64,000 nt of DNA from an uncultured Bacilli bacterium (GTDB lineage Bacteria > Bacillota_I > Bacilli_A > RF39 > UBA660): contig CAKOQV010000001.1 in the NCBI GenBank assembly GCA_934101345.1, forward strand, positions 38,991-102,990, given 5' to 3'. The notes under the pieces were generated by a model. It had not been told where the DNA came from, ran no database searches, and saw nothing but the letters and a program-made list of their open reading frames with translations. Positions 45,746 to 55,663 of the stretch are shown here, piece by piece. The position numbers and the translations under genes are program-made. The number at the start of each line of letters is the position of its first letter. Positions within the stretch are counted from its first letter, which is position 1.

Positions 45746-46761
45746 TGTTAAAGTTACTTAATAATCCTAAGTCAGATAATACTAGAAATATATTAAATGC
45801 TGATTTATTTGTTAGTAATTTACATAATACTTTGAAGGCTTTTGGTTTTAATCCAAAAGTTACTTATGAAGTTTATAGGAGTATTACTGTTTATCATGTT
45901 ACTTGGAATGATGATAAGACTTATGATGATATTTTAGAATTAAAGAAAGAAATTGCTTTATCTTTAGGAATAAATGCATCTGAATTAGTTATGAATAAAG
46001 TAAAAGATAATGAGATATTTATTAAAGTTGATAATATGAAGAAAGATATTTTATGTCTAAAAGAAGTATTAGAGGATTATAAAGTAGATAATGATTTTAA
46101 AGTAGTATTAGGTCTTGATGAATATGATAAATTGGTTACTTTTGATTTTGATAAGGAAAAGAGTCTTTTGGTTACTGGTGTTAGTGGTACTGGTAAAACT
46201 AATTTATTTAATGATATTATTATGAATATTTTAATTAATTATAGTAATGTTAAAGTAGTTATACTTGATTCACAAGGTATTAATTATAATTTATATAGTG
46301 ATGTGTGTGAAGTTGTTAATAAAGAAGAAGATATTATTGTAAAGATTAATTTACTTAGAAGAGAATTTGAAGATAGAGTAAAGAATAACACTAGAGATAA
46401 GATGGTAGTATTTATTGATGAGATATATGAAATATTAAAACTTGATAATAGTGTTAAAGATGATATTAATTATTTATTAGAAGTAGGTAGTACTATGGGA
46501 ATATATTTAGTAGTATCTACGGATAGTGTACTTGAAGATGATACTTATGATTTATTTAATAAAGATAATGTATCAAAGATTAGTTTTTATCTTACTTCAA
46601 GAGGAGAATATAATATGTTTTTAGGTAAGGCTATCAGAGATAACTTGGGTAAAGATGGAATGTATTTGGATAATGATAAGAATTTAATTAGAATGAGCAC
46701 TCCTATGATAGAAGATGATGAAATAGAAAGAGTTTGCAGGTATATTAAAGATAATAAATAG
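45745..46761 (+). CDS. FtsK/SpoIIIE-family mini-ATPase (alpha/beta motor-like; no TM region, no gamma domain)
   Basis: Walker A LLVTGVSGTGKTN and Walker B VVFIDEI, with FtsK-like context (…KSLLVTG…; …LGKD…). 338 aa. Overlaps the gpmI stop (TAATG). Confidence 0.5.
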   Translation: MLKLLNNPKSDNTRNILNADLFVSNLHNTLKAFGFNPKVTYEVYRSITVYHVTWNDDKTYDDILELKKEIALSLGINASELVMNKVKDNEIFIKVDNMKKDILCLKEVLEDYKVDNDFKVVLGLDEYDKLVTFDFDKEKSLLVTGVSGTGKTNLFNDIIMNILINYSNVKVVILDSQGINYNLYSDVCEVVNKEEDIIVKINLLRREFEDRVKNNTRDKMVVFIDEIYEILKLDNSVKDDINYLLEVGSTMGIYLVVSTDSVLEDDTYDLFNKDNVSKISFYLTSRGEYNMFLGKAIRDNLGKDGMYLDNDKNLIRMSTPMIEDDEIERVCRYIKDNK

Positions 46762-46789
46762 CAGTATAATAATAGTTAGGAAGTATAAT

Positions 46790-47830
46790 ATGAAAAATAA
46801 GGATAAGAAGGAAAAGAATACTAACAAGAGAGATAATATATTTATGATTATTTTATCTATTGGTGATGTTATAGCGGTTACTGTTTTATTTCTTTTATAT
46901 GGACCTTATAATGGCTTTAGAGACTGGTTAGTTACTACAGCGATGGGTACAATGAATCATCAGTATTTGGCTACTACCTTTTATAATATGGATAGAATAG
47001 AAGAAATATTATCACATCATAGTACGGTGGAACCTGACTTTGATACTGATACTAGTTTAATTACTGCTGATGAGAATGAATATATTGATGATTATGATAG
47101 GGAGATACTGGATAGAAATAAGAATGATGTGTATAAGATTATTGAAATAGATGAAGATGGTTATTCGGGATATTTGGCTGCAGTGTATGATCCATCAAAA
47201 ATAAAGGTTACTTATAGTAAGAATCTTGGTGTTACTGGAGAGTATCTAGTTGATATGGCTAAGAGAGAAGGGGCAGTTCTCGCTATTAATGGTGGTGGTT
47301 TTGCTGATATTGGTGGACAAGGAAATGGTGGTGCTCCAGTTGGAGCTATTATATCTGGAGGTAAAGTACTTAACTCTTCTAATGGTACAGGAGGTGCTTA
47401 TGGCGGTGGTATTATAGGTTTTACTAATGATAATAAATTGTATCTTGGTAAAATTAGTACTAGTAGGGCAATAGAAATAGGCATTAGAGATGCAGTAGAA
47501 TTTGGACCATTTTTAATAGTAAATGGTAAGAGTTCCTTTATAAATGGTAATGGAGGTTATGGTGTTCATCCGAGAACCGCTATTGCACAGAGAAAAGATG
47601 GTATAGTATTATTTCTAGTTATAGATGGTAGGAGTCTTAAAAGTAAAGGAGCTGATATGAATGATTTAGTAAAAATATTACTTAGATATCATGCATATAA
47701 TGCTGCTAATCTAGATGGTGGTAATTCTAGTGTTATGGTAGTAAATAATAAGATTATTAATCATCCATTTAATTGGGATAATAGAGAAGAAACTAGACCT
47801 ATAGCAAGTGGATTTGTGGTTACTGAATAA
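46790..47830 (+). CDS. Phosphodiester glycosidase (NAGPA/DUF2233-like) with an N-terminal TM anchor
   Basis: TM helix IFMIILSIGDVIAVTVLFLLYG. The motif LAINGGGFADIGGQGNGGAP (vNGGFF-type) is typical of the bacterial NAGPA/DUF2233 family. Confidence 0.5.
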   Translation: MKNKDKKEKNTNKRDNIFMIILSIGDVIAVTVLFLLYGPYNGFRDWLVTTAMGTMNHQYLATTFYNMDRIEEILSHHSTVEPDFDTDTSLITADENEYIDDYDREILDRNKNDVYKIIEIDEDGYSGYLAAVYDPSKIKVTYSKNLGVTGEYLVDMAKREGAVLAINGGGFADIGGQGNGGAPVGAIISGGKVLNSSNGTGGAYGGGIIGFTNDNKLYLGKISTSRAIEIGIRDAVEFGPFLIVNGKSSFINGNGGYGVHPRTAIAQRKDGIVLFLVIDGRSLKSKGADMNDLVKILLRYHAYNAANLDGGNSSVMVVNNKIINHPFNWDNREETRPIASGFVVTE

Positions 47831-47850
47831 GAAATTTATAAGGAGTGTTT

Positions 47851-49110
47851 ATGAGAAAAAATAAGAATAGTAAGAAGATAGTTTTGTTAATTGTTATAAT
47901 TTTTCTTTTATTGTTAATAGGTGGTACTGGAATATACTTTATGTTAAATAATAAAGATAAGGAATCAACAAAAATTAATTATAATGATTATTATAGTAAG
48001 TATGTTACTACTGTTGGAGAAGTTAAATTATATACTAAAGAAAATGATGAATATAAAGAAGGTGGATTTGTAGGTAGTAATGTAGATCTTACTCTTAATA
48101 ATGATAATAGTAATGATGGATATTTTAACGTAAGTGACTTTGATGATAAATATTATGTATATTATAAAGATATAAAGAAAATAAATGAATTATCTAGTAT
48201 AGATAATAGGTATAAAGAATATATAGTATTTAATAATAATGTTCTTACTAAAGATAAAACAGAATTTTATGATGAAAATGGTAATTTAGTTTATTCTTTT
48301 AATGAAGGATATTCTTTACCTATAATAATTAAAGATACTGATAGGTATGGTGTAGAATTTAATAATAGACTTCTATATATAAAGAGTGATGAAGGAGAGG
48401 TAATTAATAATACTAATACAAATAAGCATAATGCAAGTGGAGTAGGAGTATTTAATTATCATGCCTTTTATGATGAGAATGATCCTAATGATTCGTGTCC
48501 TACTGTTATATGTCACTCTAAAAAACAATTTAAAGAACAACTTGATTATTTGAAAGAAAATGATATTCTTACTTTGAAAATGAAAGAATTAGAGATGTAT
48601 ATTGATGGTAAATTACAGTTACCTAAGAGTGTTCTTTTGACAATAGATGATGGCGGTAGAGATAAAATAGCAGTAGATATGCTTACAGAATATAAGATGT
48701 ATGCTACTATATTTTTGGTTACTGCTTGGTATGATCCTAGTACTTATTATACAACTGATTATATTGAACTTCATTCACATACTAATAATATGCATAATAC
48801 TGGTGTTTGTCCTGGTGGACAGGGTGGAGGAATAAAATGTCTTAGAGTGGAAGAAATACAAACAGATTTAAAAACAAGTAGAGAAAAATTAGGAGGATCA
48901 ACATATATAGCTTATCCATTCTATGAATATAATGAATATTCTATAAAGATGCTAAAAGAAGCTGGATTTACAATGGCGTTTATTGGTGAATCTAATAATA
49001 GTGATAATTTGGTTCATGTTGGTAGTGATAAATTTAGATTAAGAAGATTTGTTATTGTTACTTATACGACAATAAAAGGTATTGATGAATATTTAGGACA
49101 AATAAAGTAG
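47851..49110 (+). CDS. Polysaccharide deacetylase (NodB/CE4 domain) with an N-terminal TM anchor
   Basis: NodB motif 1 LTIDDGGRD and motif 2 HSHTNNMH. TM helix near the N-terminus. ATG at 47851 after AAGGAG. Confidence 0.7.
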   Translation: MRKNKNSKKIVLLIVIIFLLLLIGGTGIYFMLNNKDKESTKINYNDYYSKYVTTVGEVKLYTKENDEYKEGGFVGSNVDLTLNNDNSNDGYFNVSDFDDKYYVYYKDIKKINELSSIDNRYKEYIVFNNNVLTKDKTEFYDENGNLVYSFNEGYSLPIIIKDTDRYGVEFNNRLLYIKSDEGEVINNTNTNKHNASGVGVFNYHAFYDENDPNDSCPTVICHSKKQFKEQLDYLKENDILTLKMKELEMYIDGKLQLPKSVLLTIDDGGRDKIAVDMLTEYKMYATIFLVTAWYDPSTYYTTDYIELHSHTNNMHNTGVCPGGQGGGIKCLRVEEIQTDLKTSREKLGGSTYIAYPFYEYNEYSIKMLKEAGFTMAFIGESNNSDNLVHVGSDKFRLRRFVIVTYTTIKGIDEYLGQIK

Positions 49111-49138
49111 ACATTAGATTGACATTTAATGTCTTTTT
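49109..49138 (+). terminator. Rho-independent terminator overlapping the next promoter
   Basis: AGACATTA / loop / TAATGTCT, then TTTT. Confidence 0.55.
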
Positions 49139-49147
49139 ATATATAAT
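49119..49147 (+). promoter_or_regulatory. Consensus sigma-A promoter for the 1256-aa protein gene
   Basis: TTGACA, exactly 17 nt, TATAAT, embedded in the preceding terminator hairpin and about 23 nt before RBS GAGGGAA. Confidence 0.6.
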
Positions 49148-49170
49148 AATGGCGATTTTGAGGGAATTAT

Positions 49171-52100
49171 ATGGATAAAAAAGATATTAAAAATAAAAGT
49201 ATTAATGAACTGATGGCATTACTACTTGATAAAGATATTTTAAAAAAGGATAAGTTAAGAATAAATCGTATAGTTTATAGAAAATTAAATAACGATAGTG
49301 ATCGCGCAAATAATTGGAATTTGTTAAGAAAATATTTTAAAGGTTTAAAAGAAAATGTTAATATTGAGAATTGTTTGTCTGATAAAGATATGCCTAAATA
49401 TGTAAAGAAATATATTTTGGAATATGGTTTTAATGGTGAAGAGTTACGAATACTATTAAAGAAGAGTTTAGATTATGATTTAAAAGAATATATTGTAAAA
49501 GACTTACTTAATGTAAGTTATGAGGTTGTAAGAATACTTAAAGATGATATGATTGTTGATAAATTAAAGAAGCTTTGTGTAAAAAAAAATATAAATAATT
49601 ATAATATTATTAGTGTATTGTTAGAAAATACAATCGATGATGAATGTAGAGAATACATTTTATCTACTGAAAAAAGAAGATTTGTTAGAGTACTTTATTC
49701 TACTTCAAATAGAGAACTAATATATAGGCTTACTTTTGATTTTTCTAAAAATGGAGATTGTCTTAATAATGTTGATTTTATTCAAAAATATAAACCAAGT
49801 TTATTAAAAAATTTATCTAGGGCTATTAATTGTAGATATATTAGAGATCTTTATGATAAAACATTTAAAAATGAAACACTTATTGGTATTGTACTAGATA
49901 GAAATGAACAAAAGATTAATAAAGTTATTAATAATGTAAGAAAAGAAGAATGTATCAGATTTCTTGAAGTAAAAAAATTACCTAAAGAATATGTTCAAGT
50001 TATAATAAATAATAATATTAATTATTTAAATGATTATATCGATAAGCTTAGTGTTAGTGAAGTAATAAGAAAATTATATAATTATAAAAATATAAACTTG
50101 GAATTTAAAAAAATGATTGTTAATCGTAGGTGTGATGATCTAATTAATGAGTTAAATAGATATGATCTTAAGAAATATTTGGATTATGTTAATTATCACT
50201 ATTATAATGATAAATTGATTGTTAATACTATTAATAATAAAATTATTGATGAAGAAATATTCAGTGTTTTAAATACTCATACTTATGATAATAATATTAT
50301 TGATTTTATAGTAAAATATAAAGATGACTATATAAAAGAATTTTTATCTAATATTGATTGGGATAATCTTATTTATAATAAAAAAAATAATGATAGATAT
50401 ATTGATATAATTACTTCTTTAACTAATAATGTTCAAGATAAAATATATAAAAAAAATAATAAATATATAAAAAACATTTTAAGTAAATATGATAGCGATA
50501 CTTTAAATAAATTTTTAAGTAATAGCAATATTACCTCCAGTAAATTTATTCGTACTGTGCAAAATGTTATATTTAAAATATTTGATGTTAGTGATGAGAA
50601 GATAAATTATTGTAGTATTATTATAAAATATAGTAATGGAAGAAATATTTTTGAGTTGTTAAGAAATATAGAAGAATTTTTCAATAAAATTGAAATGGAT
50701 ATTAGTTTATTCTTTCAATATGGTAGTTATGAATTTGGTAACAAGTTAATTGATAATATAATTGAAATTAATAATAATAATGAAATAAATGATTTTATTA
50801 ATGTTAAAAAATATTTATTTGATAATTATTTTGATAATACTTTGAATAATGCTACGATGATTATTAATTTGAATTTAGTAATTAAAAATTATAATTTATA
50901 TAAAAATTTATTATTAGATATAAGTAATAAAAAATGTATACTTAATGATAATGATAAAAGTAATTTGTATTTACTTTTTAGTGGAAAATTTGCTGGTACT
51001 CCTTTAACTTTATATGAATTAGATGAAATTAAAAAGAAAGAATTTAGTAAATATAAAGAAGAAATACTTGATAAGAATACTTATATTAATAGAATTAAAG
51101 ATATATTTTTTAATAATATTATTGCTTATAATAGTAATTATTTTGATAGTATTGGTAATATTTCATTACTGAAGATACTACAAAAAGATAATATTGATAA
51201 TAAGGAAATTTTCTATTTAACTGAAGAAATTATTACTAGTATGGATATTATTAATAAACTGGCTACTACTAATGACAGAGATGAACTAGTTAAAATTGTT
51301 ATTTCTTATATAGATGGGGAAGATACTCCTGTTAATAGAATGATTAATGATATTATAGATATTAAGAGTAAAATTAGAAGATTGTATGAACTTGATAGTA
51401 TGTATAATTTAACTACTTTAGAATATGCGAGAAAGGTACCTGGTATATACAATAGGGAATATATGGAACTTTATGGTGGAGAGGTATTTGATTTTAGTGA
51501 TAAAAATTATGTATTATATGCACATGTGGTAAGTAGTAGAGAGAATATTGAAGATTTGGTTAATGGTTATAGTAGCGGTAATAGTAATTTTATTTCTTTT
51601 AGTCCAATTAGTTATAGAGGGCAGAAATATTATTATGATTACTGTGATTGTATATTGGCATATGATACTATATATGATAATAGCTTTATATGTAGTTCTT
51701 TATCTAATATGGGAAGTAATCATTGCATGGTAGAAAGGAATAGTGCAGTTGTGGCCGACAAATATAGAAATCAGAGAGGAATATTAGAAACTAGTTCTGT
51801 GAAGAAACAAAATGCCGAAACATTATTATATAGGGAAGGATTAAAACCATGTGGTATTATACTTGTTAATGGTAAAAAACCTAATAGTGATGAAATTATG
51901 TATCATAAAAGATATAATTTACCTTTTATTATTACACAAAAGAAAGGGACTGTGATTGATAATCCAAAGAGAGTGTTTACTTCTGGAAATGGCAAATATG
52001 TCAGTGACAGTAGGGTAAAAGAGCTTGATAGTATAAAGAAATATATTGATAGCAAACTAACAATTAAAAAAGAAAATGATATATATACAGGAAGAGAGAT

Positions 52101-52941
52101 AGCTATATTTACTGATACACATGCTATGTATGAACCTACTATTGCAATACTTGAGGATATTAGATATAGGGGTATAAGTGAGATTTATTCACTTGGTGAT
52201 AATACTTCACTTGGACCTAGTCCTAGAGAAGTACTTGATTTGATGGATAAATATAATGTAAAACAAATTATGGGTAATAGTGAGTATTATTTAACACTAG
52301 GAGGTAGTCCTTTTAATTACTGGAATGAAGAAAGAGAAAGAAGCTTAGATTGGACTAATGATAGAGTACAGGGATATATTAATGATTTAAAATTATATAA
52401 GCCTTCTTTAGACTTATTACTTGGTGATAAAAAGATAGCACTATGTCATTTTGGTAATGATATTAGATGGGATTTTATTAAACATAATACTTGGATATAT
52501 CAAGATAATATTGGTAATGGAAAGTCTTCTGAACAATTTATGTTTACTAATAGTGACGAATATAATAAAGAAGTAGAATATATGATAAATAAATATGGTA
52601 TTGATAATCCTAAAGTACAAGGATATTTATCTAGCAAGAATACTCCTATGTTTGAAGGCAAACTTATTACTTCGTATGATGATGTTTTTCAAGGTCATGT
52701 TCATTTTGAATTAGAAGATAGACTTAATAATACTAATATTCATACTTTAAGAGGAGCTGGTATGGGAGAACTTGATGAAAGTAAGAAGAGTATGGCATAT
52801 TATATAATTTTAAAAGAAAAGAAAATAGGTGGATATGATATAGAAAAGGTATACATACCATTTAATAAAAATAGTTTATTATCTAGTATATACTCTTCTG
52901 ATATGCCTACGAAAACAAAGATACTTAGTTACTTGAAATAA
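49171..52941 (+). CDS. Large multidomain protein: about 900-aa N/I/K-rich helical N-terminal region plus C-terminal calcineurin-like metallophosphoesterase domain
   Basis: C-terminal MPP motifs in order: IAIFTDTHA (D-x-H), LGDNTSLG (GD), GNSEYY (GNH[DE]-like), CHFGN, GHVHF (GHxH). No signal peptide or TM helix seen. The middle region (…YRGQKYYYDYCDCILAYDT…GSNHCMVERN…) is unassigned. Confidence 0.55.
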   Translation: MDKKDIKNKSINELMALLLDKDILKKDKLRINRIVYRKLNNDSDRANNWNLLRKYFKGLKENVNIENCLSDKDMPKYVKKYILEYGFNGEELRILLKKSLDYDLKEYIVKDLLNVSYEVVRILKDDMIVDKLKKLCVKKNINNYNIISVLLENTIDDECREYILSTEKRRFVRVLYSTSNRELIYRLTFDFSKNGDCLNNVDFIQKYKPSLLKNLSRAINCRYIRDLYDKTFKNETLIGIVLDRNEQKINKVINNVRKEECIRFLEVKKLPKEYVQVIINNNINYLNDYIDKLSVSEVIRKLYNYKNINLEFKKMIVNRRCDDLINELNRYDLKKYLDYVNYHYYNDKLIVNTINNKIIDEEIFSVLNTHTYDNNIIDFIVKYKDDYIKEFLSNIDWDNLIYNKKNNDRYIDIITSLTNNVQDKIYKKNNKYIKNILSKYDSDTLNKFLSNSNITSSKFIRTVQNVIFKIFDVSDEKINYCSIIIKYSNGRNIFELLRNIEEFFNKIEMDISLFFQYGSYEFGNKLIDNIIEINNNNEINDFINVKKYLFDNYFDNTLNNATMIINLNLVIKNYNLYKNLLLDISNKKCILNDNDKSNLYLLFSGKFAGTPLTLYELDEIKKKEFSKYKEEILDKNTYINRIKDIFFNNIIAYNSNYFDSIGNISLLKILQKDNIDNKEIFYLTEEIITSMDIINKLATTNDRDELVKIVISYIDGEDTPVNRMINDIIDIKSKIRRLYELDSMYNLTTLEYARKVPGIYNREYMELYGGEVFDFSDKNYVLYAHVVSSRENIEDLVNGYSSGNSNFISFSPISYRGQKYYYDYCDCILAYDTIYDNSFICSSLSNMGSNHCMVERNSAVVADKYRNQRGILETSSVKKQNAETLLYREGLKPCGIILVNGKKPNSDEIMYHKRYNLPFIITQKKGTVIDNPKRVFTSGNGKYVSDSRVKELDSIKKYIDSKLTIKKENDIYTGREIAIFTDTHAMYEPTIAILEDIRYRGISEIYSLGDNTSLGPSPREVLDLMDKYNVKQIMGNSEYYLTLGGSPFNYWNEERERSLDWTNDRVQGYINDLKLYKPSLDLLLGDKKIALCHFGNDIRWDFIKHNTWIYQDNIGNGKSSEQFMFTNSDEYNKEVEYMINKYGIDNPKVQGYLSSKNTPMFEGKLITSYDDVFQGHVHFELEDRLNNTNIHTLRGAGMGELDESKKSMAYYIILKEKKIGGYDIEKVYIPFNKNSLLSSIYSSDMPTKTKILSYLK

Positions 52942-52945
52942 TAAG

Positions 52946-52971
52946 AAAAGAACATGAAAATGTTCTTTTTA
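52946..52971 (+). terminator. Rho-independent terminator
   Basis: AAAAGAACAT / gaaa / ATGTTCTTTT, then T. Confidence 0.7.
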
Positions 52972-53004
52972 TGTAGATATTTGTCTAAAAAAGTCTTTTT
53001 AACC

Positions 53005-53033
53005 TAGACTAAGGTAGTTAAATATGTTATACT
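53005..53033 (+). promoter_or_regulatory. Extended -10 promoter candidate for the LCP gene and downstream glycan genes
   Basis: TAGACT, 17-nt spacer, TGtTATACT. Confidence 0.4.
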
Positions 53034-53057
53034 TTTTATTGGTAGGACAGTGATATT

Positions 53058-54506
53058 GTGAAGAAAAACAGAAGAAAAAGAAGTAAGAATAAGGGTATTT
53101 GGTTTTTTAGAGCAATTGCTATAATATCAATAATTATATTTATAGTATTTGGGATTATGTTATATGTACTTGATATGATACCATTTAAGTATTTAATTAT
53201 CTTTTATATAGTATTTGGACTATTATATTTATATTTATTTATTACATCTTTTCCTAAGAAAATAAAGAATAAATTTAAGATTAGTTCATGTGTATTTTTA
53301 ATACTTTTTGCTACCATATTTGGCGTTGGTATTAAATATTTAAATGATACTATGGATTTTGTTGGGGTTATAAGTAAAGATTTATTTCAAAAAGAGGTAT
53401 ATTATGTTATGACTTTAGGGGATTCTAAATATAAAGATATTAAATATTTAGATGGTAAGTCTATAGGCATATATAGTTCTAAGAATAGTACTAAAGCTAG
53501 TAATGAATTAAATAAAAAGATAAAGAATATTTCTAAAGAGTATAAGAATGTTGTGGAATTATTTGAAGATTTACAAGATAATAAGATAGATGCTGTATTA
53601 ATTAATGAATCTACGAAGAATTTACTTGATACTGATTTAGCTGATATGAAACTTAAATTAAAGGAAATATATAAGGTATATGTTTCGATAGAAAAAACTG
53701 ATATAGTAAAAGTAGTTGATATTACTAAGAAGCCATTTAATATATATGTAGCAGGTGGAGATGCTTATGGTAGTATTGATAATGTTACTAATACTGATGT
53801 TAATATGATTATTACAGTAGATCCTGTTAATAAAAAAGTATTACTTACTTCAATACCAAGAGATTATTATGTTAATTTACCTTCGTTTGGTGATGATGCT
53901 TATGATAAACTTACTCATGCTGGATATTATGGTATAGAAGAGTCTGTTAAAGCTATAGAGAATTTACTTGATATTGATATTAATTATTATGTTAAGGTTA
54001 ATTTCTCTACTATTGAAGGTGTTATTGATGCAATTAAAGGTGTTGATGTTTATTCTGATTATAGTTTTAATGAATGTGCTTATGGTATATATCATTTTAA
54101 TAAGGGAATGAACCATTTAAATGGAAAACAAGCTCTTGCTTTTGCTAGAGAAAGGAAATCCTTTTCAGATGGTGATATACAAAGAGTTAAGAATCAGCAG
54201 AAAGTTCTTACAGCAATTATAGATAAAGTAACATCATCAACAACATTAGTGACTAATTTTTCACAAATATTAGATAGTGTTGGTAATAGTTTTTCAACGA
54301 ATATGGAAAGTAAAAATATTAATAGATTTATAAAGATGCAACTTAATGATATGCGAAGTTGGAGTATAGAAAGTCAAAATCTAGTTGGTACGGATTTTTA
54401 TACTTATACTTATACATATCCAAATTTACAATTATATGTAATGAAACAAGATGAAAATTCTATTGATGTGTCAAAAAATAAAATAAATAAGTATTTAAAA
54501 TGGTAA
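53058..54506 (+). CDS. LytR-CpsA-Psr (LCP) family cell-wall glycopolymer phosphotransferase
   Basis: N-terminal TM helices, then LCP-domain hallmarks NMIITVDPVNKKVLLTSIPRDYYV and …YVKVNFSTIEGVIDAIKGVDV…ALAFARER…. Confidence 0.8.
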   Translation: MKKNRRKRSKNKGIWFFRAIAIISIIIFIVFGIMLYVLDMIPFKYLIIFYIVFGLLYLYLFITSFPKKIKNKFKISSCVFLILFATIFGVGIKYLNDTMDFVGVISKDLFQKEVYYVMTLGDSKYKDIKYLDGKSIGIYSSKNSTKASNELNKKIKNISKEYKNVVELFEDLQDNKIDAVLINESTKNLLDTDLADMKLKLKEIYKVYVSIEKTDIVKVVDITKKPFNIYVAGGDAYGSIDNVTNTDVNMIITVDPVNKKVLLTSIPRDYYVNLPSFGDDAYDKLTHAGYYGIEESVKAIENLLDIDINYYVKVNFSTIEGVIDAIKGVDVYSDYSFNECAYGIYHFNKGMNHLNGKQALAFARERKSFSDGDIQRVKNQQKVLTAIIDKVTSSTTLVTNFSQILDSVGNSFSTNMESKNINRFIKMQLNDMRSWSIESQNLVGTDFYTYTYTYPNLQLYVMKQDENSIDVSKNKINKYLKW

Positions 54507-54559
54507 TTGATATTGTATTTGAATAAATATGATATTAATTTAGAAGGAGATAATAGAAG

Positions 54560-55651
54560 ATGAAAAAAAAATATACAAAAAAAAGAATTGCAATTTTTAC
54601 TGATAATTTTAATGTTGGAGGAATTCAAAAGTCTTTAGTAAATTTATTAAATAATAATGATTATGAAAAATATGATATTGATGTTTATGTTGCTAATTAT
54701 GAAAACAATTTTTTTGATGTTAATCCTAATGCTAATATAATTAGATTTAATAAGACTTCATCAATCTTAAAATTTATTCCTTTTAATGTTGTGTATAAGG
54801 TATATAATCCGATTGTATTGAATAAAGAATACGATTTAGCTATTGATTTTGATAGTTATCAAATGCATACTGCTATTGGTGCACTTAAATGTAAAAGTAA
54901 AAAGAAAGCAATTTGGATTCATAATGATATACAAATAAAAATAAAGGAAGAATTTAAATATAGGATTTTACATTTCTTTTTTAAGGACAAATATGATTAT
55001 TTTGATACTTATTGTGCAGTTTCACAGGGGGCTTTAGATTCTTTTAAAGAGATTAATAAAAATAAAAACAAGGATAAATGTTATCTAGTTATACCAAATT
55101 ATATTGACACAAAAGAAATAGCTGATAAGCTTAAAGAAAAAAGTGATATAAAAGTTGATAAAGAAAAAGTTAATATTGTTACAGTAGGAAGATTGTGTCA
55201 TCAAAAAGGAATTGATATTATGCTTGATAATATTAAACAGCTTAGTAATGTTAGAAAAGATTTTCATTTGTATATTATTGGTGATGGTGATGAAAAGGAA
55301 AAACTTATTGAGCAAATGAAAAGACTTGATTTAGAACAATATGTTACTTTTTTAGGCAATCAAAAGAATCCTTTTAAGTATTTGAAAGAAATGGATTTAT
55401 TTTATCTTTCTAGTAGATATGAAGGGCAAGGAATGGTTATATTAGAAGCAAAGAGTGTTGGACTTGATGTATTAATACCTAAACATTTAGAAAAGTATTG
55501 TCCGCCAATTAAAGGTGTAGACGATGTTTTATTGTATTTAAAGAAGTATAAGAAAAGTAATAAGACTAAAAAATTTGATGACTTAAACGATTACAATAAT
55601 AATATTAGAAAAGAATTAAATAATTTGTTTGATGCTTCAAATGATAAATAA
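54560..55651 (+). CDS. GT4-family glycosyltransferase
   Basis: GT-B/GT4 E-x7-E region EGQGMVILEAKSVGLDVL. About 360 aa. RBS AAGGAG upstream. Confidence 0.7.
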   Translation: MKKKYTKKRIAIFTDNFNVGGIQKSLVNLLNNNDYEKYDIDVYVANYENNFFDVNPNANIIRFNKTSSILKFIPFNVVYKVYNPIVLNKEYDLAIDFDSYQMHTAIGALKCKSKKKAIWIHNDIQIKIKEEFKYRILHFFFKDKYDYFDTYCAVSQGALDSFKEINKNKNKDKCYLVIPNYIDTKEIADKLKEKSDIKVDKEKVNIVTVGRLCHQKGIDIMLDNIKQLSNVRKDFHLYIIGDGDEKEKLIEQMKRLDLEQYVTFLGNQKNPFKYLKEMDLFYLSSRYEGQGMVILEAKSVGLDVLIPKHLEKYCPPIKGVDDVLLYLKKYKKSNKTKKFDDLNDYNNNIRKELNNLFDASNDK

Positions 55652-55663
55652 TTTATAGAGGAA

